Positions 1 through 11,884 of a stretch of DNA of 64,000 nucleotides are shown piece by piece. Numbering within the stretch: the stretch's first letter is position 1; each line of letters starts with the position of its first letter. The translations under genes were made by a program, and so were the position numbers. Origin of the DNA: Psammoneis japonica (taxonomy: Eukaryota); the NCBI GenBank assembly GCA_008632985.1, contig QPGO01000130.1, positions 124,001 to 188,000 of the forward strand. Direction: 5' to 3'. Below the pieces are notes generated by a model. That model saw only the letters and a program-made list of their open reading frames with translations, had not been told where the DNA came from and ran no database searches.

Positions 1-112
1 CCAAAAGCTTGGAAGCACCCTTTTTGGAAAAGGCACGGATTCCAGTACATTTTACAGTAAAACCAAAGCTAGAAGCACGCCGGATGGCGCTTGCAGCAAT
101 GGCACGAAACAT
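1..112 (-). CDS. 5' end of a second cold-shock-domain protein paralogue (runs off the window)
   Basis: Reverse complement from the ATG at 112 reads MFRAIAASAIRRASSFGFTVKCTGIRAFSKKGASKLL, which aligns at DNA and protein level with the N-terminus of the gene at 9013-9537 ([35 protein letters not shown]). Confidence 0.8.
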   Translation of the reverse strand, partial: MFRAIAASAIRRASSFGFTVKCTGIRAFSKKGASKLL

Positions 113-997
113 GGCACTGCACATGGTTTACATCTTACATGGTTGTTGTTGCTGATATGAATTTTTATTGGTTAGTGTCACCAAGTGTGTGCTGGCTCAT
201 AAAAAAAACACCCACCAGCCAAACAAGAGTGTGGTGGGGGGACAGGCAACCAACTCTGTGGGGGGGCATGCCAAGGGCACTTTTCAGATGACAAGGGTGT
301 GCCAGCAGGACAGCGCATGAGCCAGAAAGTTTGAAAATTTGACAAAGAGTCTCAAATGACAACAATGGCAGCAAAGGAGATTCAACAATGTGAGGAAAAA
401 GCTTGGTGGGAGAAAAAAAAGTGGTGGCTGGTGCAGCGTCGCACAGCCAACGCTCAAATGATGACTTTGACTCTAGCCTCAGTCTCTGACTTCTTGGCAC
501 CTCTCTTTTCCCAGCTGGCCCACCACTGTGAGCTTGTGTTGCACTGACATGTGAGACCAACGCACATCTGCCAGAGAGTGTCCTCCAAGACTCTCTTGGA
601 CTTGCTTCGTTGGCGAGAAAGTTGCGCGCGGCACCATGTTGTCAAGGAAACAAAAAGTGTGCAGACAGCCTGGGGGCACTGGCTGCAGGTGCTCCTGTGG
701 AGCTGCTGATGAGAAAACTCAAATCTCAAAGCCAGCTCAATGATGTGGACAACAGACATTTTGTCAAGCCCCAGCTGTTGTGTGTGGTCACCAGCTGGCC
801 CTGCCCCAGCAGTGCCACAGCCCAAATGTGCTGCTGGCACCGTGCCTTGTTGTTTTGTTTGGGTTGTTGCTCACTTTTCCTGCAACACACATTTTAGTCA
901 ACTCCAGGGGGGGGGATGCTGTGTTTGCCATCAGAGGGCATGACACCAAGGCATGACACACTGACATCATCCCTGGGTGTGGCAAACAAGTCACTGC

Positions 998-1376
998 TGC
1001 AACATGCGTTGTCATGTGCGCATTGTGTGTGTGTGTCCACACATCAAATAAAAGCACATTTCAATCGCACGTCAATCGTGGGTTCGTACGAAGTGCAGAT
1101 CAGTCACACAGAAGTGATCGGATGTCGAGAATCGCAAATGCGATCGTACGATGATGTTGACATCTTGTGTGTCAATGTCAATCGCACCCGGACAATCTGT
1201 CATCACGATCATATTCTCCGAAAGGCCTTTTGTCTGTGGGAGCAGTGCAAAAGGTTTAGGCTGTTGAGAACCCGTTCGGAGAAACCCAAAATGATTGCGT
1301 GGAAATAATTCTTGTAATTTTCACCTTTTGAACTTCGTTCTACTTTCGTTTGCACTCGTTCTTCGAGCATGGTGCA
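998..1376 (+). repeat. 5' LTR
   Basis: TGCAACATGCG...GAGCATGGTGCA, colinear with 5796-6174. Confidence 0.93.
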
Positions 1377-1412
1377 TTGTGTGTGCACACCACAGAAGGC
1401 AATGAGTTCAAG

Positions 1413-2567
1413 ATGAAGCTTTCACCTCATGTGGCCAACGCCAAAACTTCGTTGAGGCAGGAGAAAATCGTCCCTCAACCGCTGGAATCGAACTCCGAGC
1501 CGAAGAGCCTCAAACCGAGCCAGTGCCTCAAGATGGAGCAACGTTTTCATCCCGAGAAGAAGGGTGGCCACACCCACACCATCAATGTTGAGCACTGCAA
1601 GAAACAAGGTGTCCCCAAGCTCATCGAATTTCTCAAGAGCTACGATCAACTTCCAGTGGGCCAGAATGTCAGGAAGCAATCTGATGAGTTTCGTCTCATG
1701 CGCATGTTGCTCCAAGGAGACGCTCTACGTGCTTTCGAGAATGCGGCAGCAAACCTTGAAGACGAATCTGCGGAAGGAAGCTTCGAGAAATGCCTGCAAC
1801 ATCTCACGAGGCATGTGTTTCCCAAGAACGCACTTTCGGTGCAGAAACGTTATTTGCGTCGTGATCTCAAGAAGCCGGAGTCCATGAAAGTACGCGAAAT
1901 TGCTGCTTGGGTCCAGGAAGTCAACGAAGACCTCAAGTTCTATCCTCCCTTTGAGAAGGAACAGAAGATCGAGGACGACGAGCTCAAGGACATCCTCTTC
2001 AACCTTGCACCTCGAAAGTGGCAGCGTCAGTCGACCGTCCAGGGTTTCGAAATTTTGAAACACACCCATGACGAGTTGGTTGAGTTCTTGGAGCGCCTGG
2101 AGGTCGCAGAAGACACATTTGATGGCATTCATGCCAAGGCTGATGGCAGTGGCGGCACTGCATCAAAAGCCAAGAGTGGTTCCCAACGTGGTTCCAAAAA
2201 TGGTCACCAACATGGCACCGAAAAATCTCAGTCCGAGAAGTGGTGCATTTTGTGCGAGAAATCCACTCACAACACGGACAAGTGCTGGTCGATCAAAAGA
2301 CTTGCGAAAGAACGCCGTGGGAACCATGAACCCGACCCGAAACGGCGCCGTTCAAATGGCAATCACACGTGGTCTCGTCGCGATAACGACAACGCCGCTC
2401 GCAAAGAAGAGTTGAATGCCATGGCGATCCAAGCAGTTCAAAAAATGCTCAAAGCGAGTTCTTCGAACAATGATGAAAAACACAAGAGCAAAGATTGTGA
2501 TTCTGACACCCTTGACGAGGAAAATTGTCAGTTTGAAAAAATGACGCGCAGTGACTCTGAGGAATGA
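1413..2567 (+). CDS. gag: Gag of the Gypsy element
   Basis: Long ORF (first ATG at 1413) with the CCHC zinc knuckle CILCEKSTHNTDKC, directly after the 5' LTR. Confidence 0.85.
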   Translation: MKLSPHVANAKTSLRQEKIVPQPLESNSEPKSLKPSQCLKMEQRFHPEKKGGHTHTINVEHCKKQGVPKLIEFLKSYDQLPVGQNVRKQSDEFRLMRMLLQGDALRAFENAAANLEDESAEGSFEKCLQHLTRHVFPKNALSVQKRYLRRDLKKPESMKVREIAAWVQEVNEDLKFYPPFEKEQKIEDDELKDILFNLAPRKWQRQSTVQGFEILKHTHDELVEFLERLEVAEDTFDGIHAKADGSGGTASKAKSGSQRGSKNGHQHGTEKSQSEKWCILCEKSTHNTDKCWSIKRLAKERRGNHEPDPKRRRSNGNHTWSRRDNDNAARKEELNAMAIQAVQKMLKASSSNNDEKHKSKDCDSDTLDEENCQFEKMTRSDSEE

Positions 2568-5500
2568 CTTGCACTGCAAGAGGAGTCTTGCGCTCTGCTG
2601 GACATTAGGAAGCCCAGAAAAAGGGCCAAAGTAATTCACACTAGTCCAGCAGTCGTCGCCTGTATGAGTGCTTCATTGGGCAAGGCGAAAAATGAGCCTC
2701 TGCGCGTTCTCCTCGATGGCGGAACATCGTCAACCACAATTTTGCGCAAATTCACGCGGAAACTCAGAACAAAAGCATCCGCCACCAAACTCTGGGAAAC
2801 CAAAGGAGGGCTCTTCATGACTGACAGTCGATGTAAGATCCAATTCTCCTTGCCCAAATTTGACAAACACAAGATGATTGAAACAACGGCATGTGTTGAC
2901 AACTCCCCTTCTTCTTTGAGTCGTCATGACATGATCATGGGACGCGACTTAATGTCAAGTCTTGGGACAACATTGGACTTCTCGAATGAAGAGATTAAAT
3001 GGGAAGATGCAACTGCTCCTGTGAAGAATGTTGACACACTCTTCGATGCCAATGTTTTTAAGTTGATTGCCGATCACATTGAGGAATCTCATGCAGTGAT
3101 TGGTCTTAATGACAGGGTCAATCGGATCCTTGACTCAGACCATCACGCTGCAAACCTCAACAATGTGACCGCAGCAGCCACTCATCTAACTCCTGAAGAG
3201 CAGAAGCAGCTGAATTTCCTCTTAAAAAGATTTGAAAACCTTTTCGATGGTTCTCTGGGCAAATGGACCGGGAAACCGGTGGATTTAAAGTTGAAATCGG
3301 GCGTGAGTCCGCATCATGCCAAACCATTTCCCGCACCACAAGCCTTGGAGGCGACTGCTCGTAAGGAGGTTGAAAGACCATGCAAGTTGAAAGTCTTAAG
3401 AAAAATGAATTGTTCTGAATGGGCGGCTCCAACCTTCATTCAACCCAAGAAAAATGGTAGAGTTCGGCTCTCACCCGACTTTCGTGAGCCAAACAAGAGG
3501 TTAATTCGCACTCCGTTCCCTCTGCCCAACATTCAGGATGTGCTGCAGAAGCTCAAAGGCTTCATGCATGCAACGTCCCTAGATTTAAACATGGGACACT
3601 GTCATGTCGAATTGACGCCGCGTGCACGTCGCTTGTGCACGATCGTCATGCCTTGGGGCAAATGTGAGTGCTGTAGACTCCCGATGGGAATCTGTGGAGC
3701 TCCAGACATTTTCCAAGAGCACATGAGTGAGCTCATGGCAGGTCTGGAGTTCGTCAGAACTTGCATTGACGACACATTGTGTCTCACAAAAGGTGATTTT
3801 CAAGACCACCTCAAGAAGCTTGAAACGGTGTTCTTGCGCCTGGAACAAGCCGGATTGAAGGTCAACGCCGAGAAGTCCTTTTTCGCTAAACCCGAAGTAG
3901 ACCATCTAGGCTTTCATGTCACCCGCAAGGGCATCAGTCCGATTCCAAAAAAAAGTAGAAGCGATTCACGCGATCGCAACTCCTAAAACTCGCAAGGAAT
4001 TGCGACGCTTTGTCGGTGTGATCAACTGCTGTCGAGACATGTGGCCTCGACGATCTCATGTTTTAGCTCCTTTAGCCAAACTCACTTCTACCCAAGTAAA
4101 GTGGCAATGGACCGAAACAGAACAAAAAGCCTTCGAAAATGTGAAGCGCATCATCTCCAAAGACACACTGTCATCATGCCCGAATTTTAACATGCCCTTT
4201 GAGATGTGTGCCGATGCCAGCAATTCTCAATTGGGGGGCGGTTGTTGCTCAGAAAAACCGACCAATTGCCTTCTACAGCCACAAGCTGAATGGAGCGCAA
4301 ACGCATTGTGCTGCAACAGAAAAAGAACTGTTGTCCACAGTGGAGACGTTAAAAGAGTTCCGCAATGTGCTGTTTGGCCAACAGACAAACATGCACACGG
4401 ATCACAAAAATCTCACACACAAAAATTTCACAACGGACAGAGTCATGCGTTGGCGTCTAATGACAGAAGAACACAGTCCCAAAACAATGTACCTTGAGGG
4501 CAAGGCAAACATTGTCGCAGATGCGATCAGCCGACTTACCATGAAGAAAATAGAACCTGTGGAAACCCTCAGCACAGAAGAGCCAGCTGAAAAGGTCCCA
4601 CCAAAATCCTGCGACAATGTCTTTCCGTTAAATTACAAAGTTCTTGATCACGAACAAAAACGGGACAAAGACATTCTCTCCCAATTGTCAAATGAGACGT
4701 TTCACACGAAGACTTTTCGTGGAGGCGAGCGAGACCGGTTGCTCACATGTCACAAGGACAAAATTGTCGTCCCGAGGACGTTACAAAAGGCAGTGACAGA
4801 TTGGCATCATACGCACCTTCTTCACCCTGGCATAAATCGAACAGAAGAAACAATCTCACAACACCTGTGGTGGTCCACCTTGCGTGAAGACATACGAAAA
4901 TACGTGTCGAGATGTGAGACGTGCCAAAAATTCAAAAAGAAACACAAGAAATGTGGACATTTACCTCCCAAGCGCGCAGAATCCGTGCCATGGGAACGAC
5001 CATGTGTGGACCTCATTGGGCCATACAAAATACGTCGTAAGGGAAAGAAAAAAACCCCAGTCCTGAAATGTTTGACTATGATCGATCCAGCAACTGGATG
5101 GTTTGAAGTTGTGGAAATCCCAAACAAGGAGTCCACAACTGCAGCTGGACTGCTAGAATGAACATGGTCAAGTGGACATCCTTGGCCATCGTCAATTACA
5201 TGTGACCGTGGAAGTGAGTTCATCGGACACCAATTTAGAGAAATGGTGCAAGATGATTGTGGCATTAAAGTCAAGCCTGTGGCCACACGAAATCCACAAG
5301 CAAACGCAATTGTTGAACGCGCACATCAAGCACTGGGGAACATGCTCCGCACATTTGATTTGCAACATGCACCTCTAGACACTGAGGATCCTTTCGCTGG
5401 AATGCTGTCAGCGGTGGCGTTTGCGGCACGTTCTGCGTGTCATCCACTGCGCAAGCTGCGCCAGGACAATCAGTCTTCAACAGAGACATGACATTTGACG

Positions 5501-5769
5501 TCCAACATGTCGCAGACTGGAAATTAATCCAGCAGTGAAAACAAGAAATCATAAATAAAAATGACGCTCGAGAGAATGCTCGACGTGCTCCTTGCACGTG
5601 CAGAGTGGGAGAAAAGATGCCACTCGAGAAAGACTCGCAAAAATTAGAACAGCCCTGTGTTGGACCGCATGCAATGACAACGGCACATGCCAATGGCACA
5701 GCACAGATCAAACGCGGTAACGTCATTGACATTGTCAATGTTCGTTGAACAATGCCGTTTGACGACTGA
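2568..5769 (+). pseudogene. pol: Pol (protease, RT, RNase H, integrase), disrupted
   Basis: LLDGGTS protease motif. RT motifs WAAPTFIQPKK, SLDLNMGHCH, RLPMG and TCIDD (canonical YxDD). RNase H CADAS and EKELLS. Integrase HHTHLLHPG/CETC, VDLIGP and NPQANAIVER. Frameshifts near 3955 and 4237; internal TGA stops near 5159 and 5536. Confidence 0.93.
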
Positions 5770-5795
5770 CTCTAATGTGCAATTAGGGAGGCGAA

Positions 5796-6174
5796 TGCAA
5801 CATGCGTTGTCATGTGCGTGTTGTGCGCGCATGTCTGCACATTAAATGAAAGTGTGTTTCAATCGTGCGTCAATCGTGGGTTCGTACGAAGTACAGATCA
5901 GTCACACAGAAGTGATCGGATGTCGAGAATCGCAAATGCGATCGTACGATGATGTTGACATCTTATGTGTCAACATCAATCGCATCCGGACAATCTGTCA
6001 TCACGATCATGTTCTCCGAAAGGCCTTTTGTCTGCAGGAGCAGTGCAAAAGGTTTAGGCTGTTGAGAACCCGTTCGGAGAAACCCAAAATGATTGCGTGG
6101 AAATAATTCTTATAATTTTCACCTTTTGAACTTCGTTCTACTTTCGTTTACACTCGTTCTTCGAGCACAGTGCA
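5796..6174 (+). repeat. 3' LTR
   Basis: Colinear with 998-1376 and followed by the CTGC duplication. Confidence 0.93.
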
Positions 6175-6424
6175 CTGCTGCCCCACCGCAGCGCAGCGAG
6201 CGCGAGCGCACCGAAGGGAGGAGGGGGGACGGACAGTCCCGAATTTTGGGCGCGCCAAAAAATCAAAGGTGCGCCACTCCCTAGCGTTGAAAAGGTAACC
6301 AGGCTCTGACATTTTTGTAGAATCAAAGAGACGCACGTCATGATGAAACGCTTGGGAGTGGCATGCGAAGATCGCAGAATTTTTTGTCATCCACAAACCC
6401 AAAACACAAAAAAGAGCGTCCACC

Positions 6425-8242
6425 ATGGCCAGCACGACTCCTCCTGCCTCTGCTCGTGCACCTCTTGCTGTAGTCTCCGAGAACAGCAAGCGCAGTGCCA
6501 ATGATGATGATGATGCAAAGCCTGCGTCCAGCGGTGCTGCGACGACGACTCTTTCTCCATACAAGCAACGCATGAAGGAGCTCGAAGATTGCCTCACCGA
6601 TGGCAAGATTCTCATGTTTCTATCGGACGAGATTCTGGAAATTATTCCTGGTAAGCTCGAAGAACTGAACGTTGATGAGATTGAAGACTTGAAGGAAGAA
6701 GAAAAGGAGGCTGCCTACGATTCCATTACGCAACAAGAGGTGGACGAGTACCTGCAAGTGTTGGTGGTCGATCGCGCTCTAGCTGAAAATCAGCGTGAAT
6801 ACTACAAGAAAATCATGTTTGCCGATCCCCGCAACGATGAAGACGATTGTTTCGTCATGTTCAATACGCATTCCAGCTGGTGCATGTTCCTGTCATGCAG
6901 AAACTACTCACGGCAGCCACGAAAGAGATCAACAAGGCTAAAAAGACAATCGAATCATCAGCTGGTACCAACACGAGTAGTACTACTCAAGACGCGGCAA
7001 AAGAGGCATTCAACAAGGCCTTTGCTACGATTATGGCTTGTGATTCCATGGATCATTGGAGGCACGACACGGAATCTCCTGAAGATTGTGAGAAAATCGC
7101 CAAGAAAGTGGGCAAGGTGGCTTCGGATCTCCTTTGGTTTGAAGACTCGGAACTGGGCTTTGTCGACCCCTATTCTAGAAAGACTGTACTTGCGTTCTTG
7201 TCTCGTCTCACTCAAGACTGGTATGAGATTGGTGGAGTCAAGTACAAGAACAAAAAGAACGGTCAGGGACTCGGGCGTTCTCACGCGCCTCCTCCACCAC
7301 CCAAGAAGCAAAAGACTGGTCCAGCCGCAGTCGTTGCGACTTTACCCACCGCTGCTTCCGGCAGCAGCAATACCAACAGCGACGTCTTGGTGACGTTTCT
7401 GAACAACCTTCAAGACAAGAAGAAACTTCGTGAAAAGACCTGTGTTCAACTCAAGATTGCCAGCACGACCAAACCGGAGAAATCGGTACTCGTGGTCCTG
7501 TCGGGGGCGACCGACATGAAGAAAATCAATCAGCTTTGTGCTTATGTTACGGGTCATGCTCAAACCTACGAGTATCATTCTCAGCGTGGCACTGCATCAA
7601 GGGCTCTTATATGAACTTGAGTTGGAAGGAAGCAACATGTGGCTTGCCGCCAAGTCTCTTGCCAAACAGGCGGCAGCCGCAGGCGCAGCCCACGTCGAAG
7701 ACAAGACGGTCAAGATTGTTCAAGTCTTTCAAGGACTCGTAACGTCTCCTACATCCGCCCTCGTCTATGATTCAAATCAAGCTCGTCACATCAAGGCGTA
7801 CTGGGTGACACCACAGGGCGAGCGGTTCGAGATTACGTGTCAGGCCATTATTGGCAACAAGTGTCTGGGCAATCTACGCCCCATGCCTCGTCTTGTCAAG
7901 GACTTGGACGGGTACACGCCCAATGCTCGTACCGGCTTTGGAAAGGGTCTGTACGCGTCCAATCGTTACTTGCAAGGCGATCGTCAAGGACCGTCCTACA
8001 TTGTTGCTCGAGAAACTTCCCAGAGTGATTTGCGCAAGATGGACGACAATTGTCACTCCAGGCCTATTGCGATGAGGATGGAACCATTTCTCATCGAGAA
8101 GGATTTCTCCGTCGTTTCTATTGGGAGGCAGAGAACGTGGCGGCTGCAGGTCTACCGTCTTTGTAACGGTGGACTTTGTTTGCGACCGGTGGCGGCTATT
8201 TCCAATACTCATGGAACGTTTGTCGCCCATGCTCTTTTTTAG
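6425..8242 (+). CDS. Hypothetical protein, apparently one gene split by single-base frameshifts
   Basis: Overlapping ORFs 6425-7393, 6847-7614 and 7538-8242 each look coding in successive segments, with switches near 6890 and 7600. Normal dinucleotide content. No motif recognised, and the 3' end is uncertain. Confidence 0.6.
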
Positions 8243-9012
8243 TGATGTACGTATTCATTCCATGGTAGAACAAAATCGTGACTGTAGTGACGTGATTGGT
8301 TCTACATCGTTTATCCCTGCTTTGCGCTGCCGGTAAGCGAATAGTAGCCCTGTCCACTTAGACTAGTCTAATCCAAGAGAAACTTTCCCTAGCATCACGG
8401 ACATAATCTAGATCGACGCAAGACCGGCGTATTCTGCATTGGCTCTGCGCCAAATATTATATCATAGAACTTGAGTCCTTGGGCGTTGACACAATGAATT
8501 GTTCATTGGCAAGAGGCTCGTCTGCTTGTTTCCGATAATCCTATTCATTTCTTCTTGTGTCAGAGAAGAATTGCACAGAAACCAAGGTGCATCACGATTC
8601 GCCTGCAGGTAGTCATTGGCCCAATAATAGACTTTTCCATGCCGCAGTCTGTACGATAGTGGCACTCCCGGCTTGCGATAGTGGGGGTGTACACTCTCGA
8701 AATTTTCGCGTCACGGCATGAAAGTGGAGGATTTTTGCGCGCGGCTTGTCTTTAGAGCTTACCGACGACGTCGTTCCAGAATGAATGCAACATAAATAAT
8801 GATGTGCTAGAGCAAGTTCCACTTTGCATTGTCGGCCTACTTAGAACATTCGCACCTTCCAAGATGATGCGGATCAACACACATGTAAAACAATTTGTCG
8901 TCCATGCAAAATTTTAATAGGATCCCATGTTTCTTCTATACACAAGTAGAACTGTGGTAAAACCTTTCAAGACCACAAAACTATCTAAAGAGGCTTGCAT
9001 CGATCCGGCTTG

Positions 9013-9537
9013 CTAATATTTCGAACCACCAAAGAAATCGTCGCTGCCTCCATACCCGCCGCCGCCGCTGCCAAAATCTTGGTAAGTCCTCTGTGGGCGA
9101 CCCTGTACATAGGTTCCATCCGGTCCAGTCACATTGATGGCGCTTCTTCTGCCGTTTTCGTCCTCGAGAACCTCGTACTCGACGGGTTCACCGTCCTGAA
9201 CGCGAAAGAAAAAACACGAGTGTGTGAGATGAACATGCTGTAGCATAAAGAATGTCTATAGAAAATTGCATAATCACTCAAAACAAAACACATATGCCAC
9301 GCAATCACGCACCATGAGAGAACGGAATCCCTCAGCATGAATGTTGGAGTGGTGAACAAAGACATCTTCCGAACCGTCGTCAGGCACTAGGAAACCAAAG
9401 CCCTTTTTGGCATCAAACCACTTTACGGTGGCCGAAAGCTTGGCAGGTCCTTCTGTGGAAAAAGCACGGATTCCACTAAACTTTACAGTAAAAGTAGGAG
9501 CGCGCCGAATAGCGGTGGAAGCAAGAACACGAAACAT
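9013..9537 (-). CDS. Cold-shock domain protein with probable mitochondrial transit peptide and Gly-rich tail
   Basis: [13 protein letters not shown] and DVFVHHSNI (RNP1/RNP2). GT-AG intron 9196-9312 joins exons 9313-9537 and 9013-9195 in frame ([15 protein letters not shown]). Confidence 0.93.
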
Positions 9538-10006
9538 GGTTGTAGTCTAGTTGTTGGATCCGATGAGTGCTGTTGTTTGCTGTACCGTATTCCGGCTGCT
9601 GCTGGCTGAAGATTTTGTGGTGGGAATGATCCACGTAGAATATGTACTGCACGCTACGGTGTTTAGCTTGACCATCCATTTTCAATTTTTCAAATGCGGT
9701 GACGGCAAGACTGAACTATTCGCGCGAATATCAGCAGATCGCGCGATTTCAGAGAACAATAATATCTTCGCTTGTGAATATCCATATTACCATAAAGTTC
9801 CCATACAAAATTGAGCATGTAGAAAATGTATTGAAGGCTACGCATCATTCAAACGCACGCAAAAAGCACAAACAGCTGTTTTTGACGCGAACAAAAAGAA
9901 CCGCAACAAACAACAGCAACAGCACAAACAGCTGTTTGTCATTCCAGCATCGAAGCAATAATTCGTAACAGCAAAGCACACAAGCCCTTTCGAAAACATC
10001 ATCATA

Positions 10007-11736
10007 ATGGCGCCCGTCAAGAAAGGATTGCCAAGCGCAAGACCACCAAGGAGGAAGAGCAGCAGCAGCAACCAAAGCGTCGAACCAAGCGTATCAAGAC
10101 TGATTCAGAAGAAGAGCCCGCCGCAGAAGCTCCTGAACCCGCAGTTGCTTCTCCCGTCAAAGTTGATGATGATGCCGCCGAGCCAGAAGCCGTCGAGCCA
10201 GAAGCGCCGACCAGAACCCGTCGAGCAGAAGCCGGAGAGCCACAAGCCGCAGAGCCACAAGCCGCAGAGCCACAAGCCGCCGCTGGTCCCTCCAATCAAG
10301 ACGAAGCAAAGGAGGATGAAGTAGAGGTGGCAGAGGCAGCCAAGGAGGAAGAAGCAAAAGAGGGAGATGAGGAAGCAAAAGAGGGAGACGATGTTCTCCA
10401 AAGAAGAAGCAGAAGAAAAATAAGTCTGTTGCCAAAGGATCCGCCAGAGCCCCAAAGCTAAGCTGGCATCAGCGCCTCGAACAACTCAAGGAGTACAAGG
10501 AGCGAACAGGAAACACTTTGGTCCCAACCCGCTACAAGGAGAACAAGCAGTTGGGAAAATGGGTAAGTCGCATGGGATATACGTACAGTTTGCCATCGTG
10601 ATGATTCTTTCCTTACATTCATCCTTCCGTTTCTCTGCTTTTTTCATATTCAGGTTCATAACCAGCGAGAACAGTACAAGATGTACAAGAAGCTACTGGA
10701 TGAGCCGGGGACGAAGAAAAAATGCTCCATGACAGCCTTTCGTGTCAAGGAGCTCGAAGATATTGGATTTGTGTGGTCCACCGAGCGAGCCAAGAGGCAA
10801 GAAGAAGATTGGCAAGGACGCCTGGAGCAGCTCAAAGAATACAAGGCCAAGCACGGTGATTGCATGGTTCCTCACGGATTCTCCGAAGATCCAAGGTAAG
10901 AGGATAAAATCACGATGGCATACTGTATATAGCCCATGCGACTTACCAATTGTTTGTTTAAAAAAAGTTTGTATGAATGGGTCCATAGACAGCGTGTTCA
11001 GCATGCGGGTATCCTAAAGAGTGGCAAGGAGCCGGACGGGAAGTTCAAGGATCGCATGGCTCAGCTCGAAGCCATTGGTTTTAGCTTCAAGAAGCAGGAC
11101 GATGTGTGGAAGAAGCGTTATGAAGAGTTGAAGGCATACAAGGATGAGCATGGTAATTGCGAGGTTAGTAACTTGTGCAAGTCTCCTGAGAGATTGGTCC
11201 GCTTTGTTCTCTAACCTCTTCTTTTATTCTCTTTTGAATCAGGTGCCGACGCATTACTCTCCTAATCCTGTCCTCGGTCGCTGGGTGGTCAGTCAGAGAT
11301 ACGAAGCTCGCAAGCGCTCCAAGGGAAAGAAGGGTATCATTTCTCAGGAGCGCGTGGATCTTTGGACGCATTGGGATTCAATTGGGCGGTTGGCAAGGAA
11401 CGCGACCGAGTCACTTGGAAGAGCCGCTTTGACGAGCTGGTGGCGTTCAAGGCGGCGACTGGGCATTTTGATGTGTCCGCTGACGACAATCCTGCGCTCC
11501 ATCGCTGGTGCCGCGAGCAGAAGCAACGCCTCCGCCTTGTTCAGAAGAATGGGGAGGACAAGTCCAAGCGCATGGGAAACGATCGTATTCAAGCGTTTGT
11601 GACGATTGGTTTCATTGATCCTATTCCCATCCCTGCCGCCACGACTGTCGCGGCCGCCGAGGAAGATACCACTGCCGCCGAAGACGCCCCTGCCGAAGCG
11701 GATACTATTACCGCCGATGTTGAGGTCACCGTGTAA
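10007..11736 (+). CDS. Helicase-associated (HA) repeat protein with acidic low-complexity N-terminus
   Basis: Repeated W..R.E.L..YK..HG.C.VP......LG.WV..QR units. Introns about 10563-10653, 10896-10967 and 11164-11242. Short AGAGCCACAAGCCGC repeats near 10236-10280. Apparent single-base frameshifts in the 5' part and near 11360. Confidence 0.85.
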
Positions 11737-11884
11737 GGGACATTGATTAGTATTACAGTAGCGGGGGAAGCTACCAGTAATGTTTGTTCACAAATGAATT
11801 GATAGTCTCTAGGCTGAGGAGGTAACAAGTTGGTATATGTAGCAGGTATTTTGTTTGTTGAATAAGACAGCTTAGCAGTAGCAA

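Larger units (their letters stand above)
998..6174 (+). mobile_element. Full-length Ty3/Gypsy LTR retrotransposon, mutationally inactivated
   Basis: Two 379-bp direct repeats with TG...CA ends. 4-bp target-site duplication CTGC at 994-997 and 6175-6178. Purine-rich tract (AGGGAGGCGAA) before the 3' LTR. Domain order gag-PR-RT-RH-IN. Confidence 0.96.

Noticed and set aside
916..1308. ORFs 916-1308 and 5846-6106 as a duplicated gene
   Set aside because: They are incidental frames within the two LTRs.
1377..1400. tRNA primer-binding site of the Gypsy element
   Set aside because: No TGG-initiated tRNA complement is recognisable; the site may be mutated or non-canonical.
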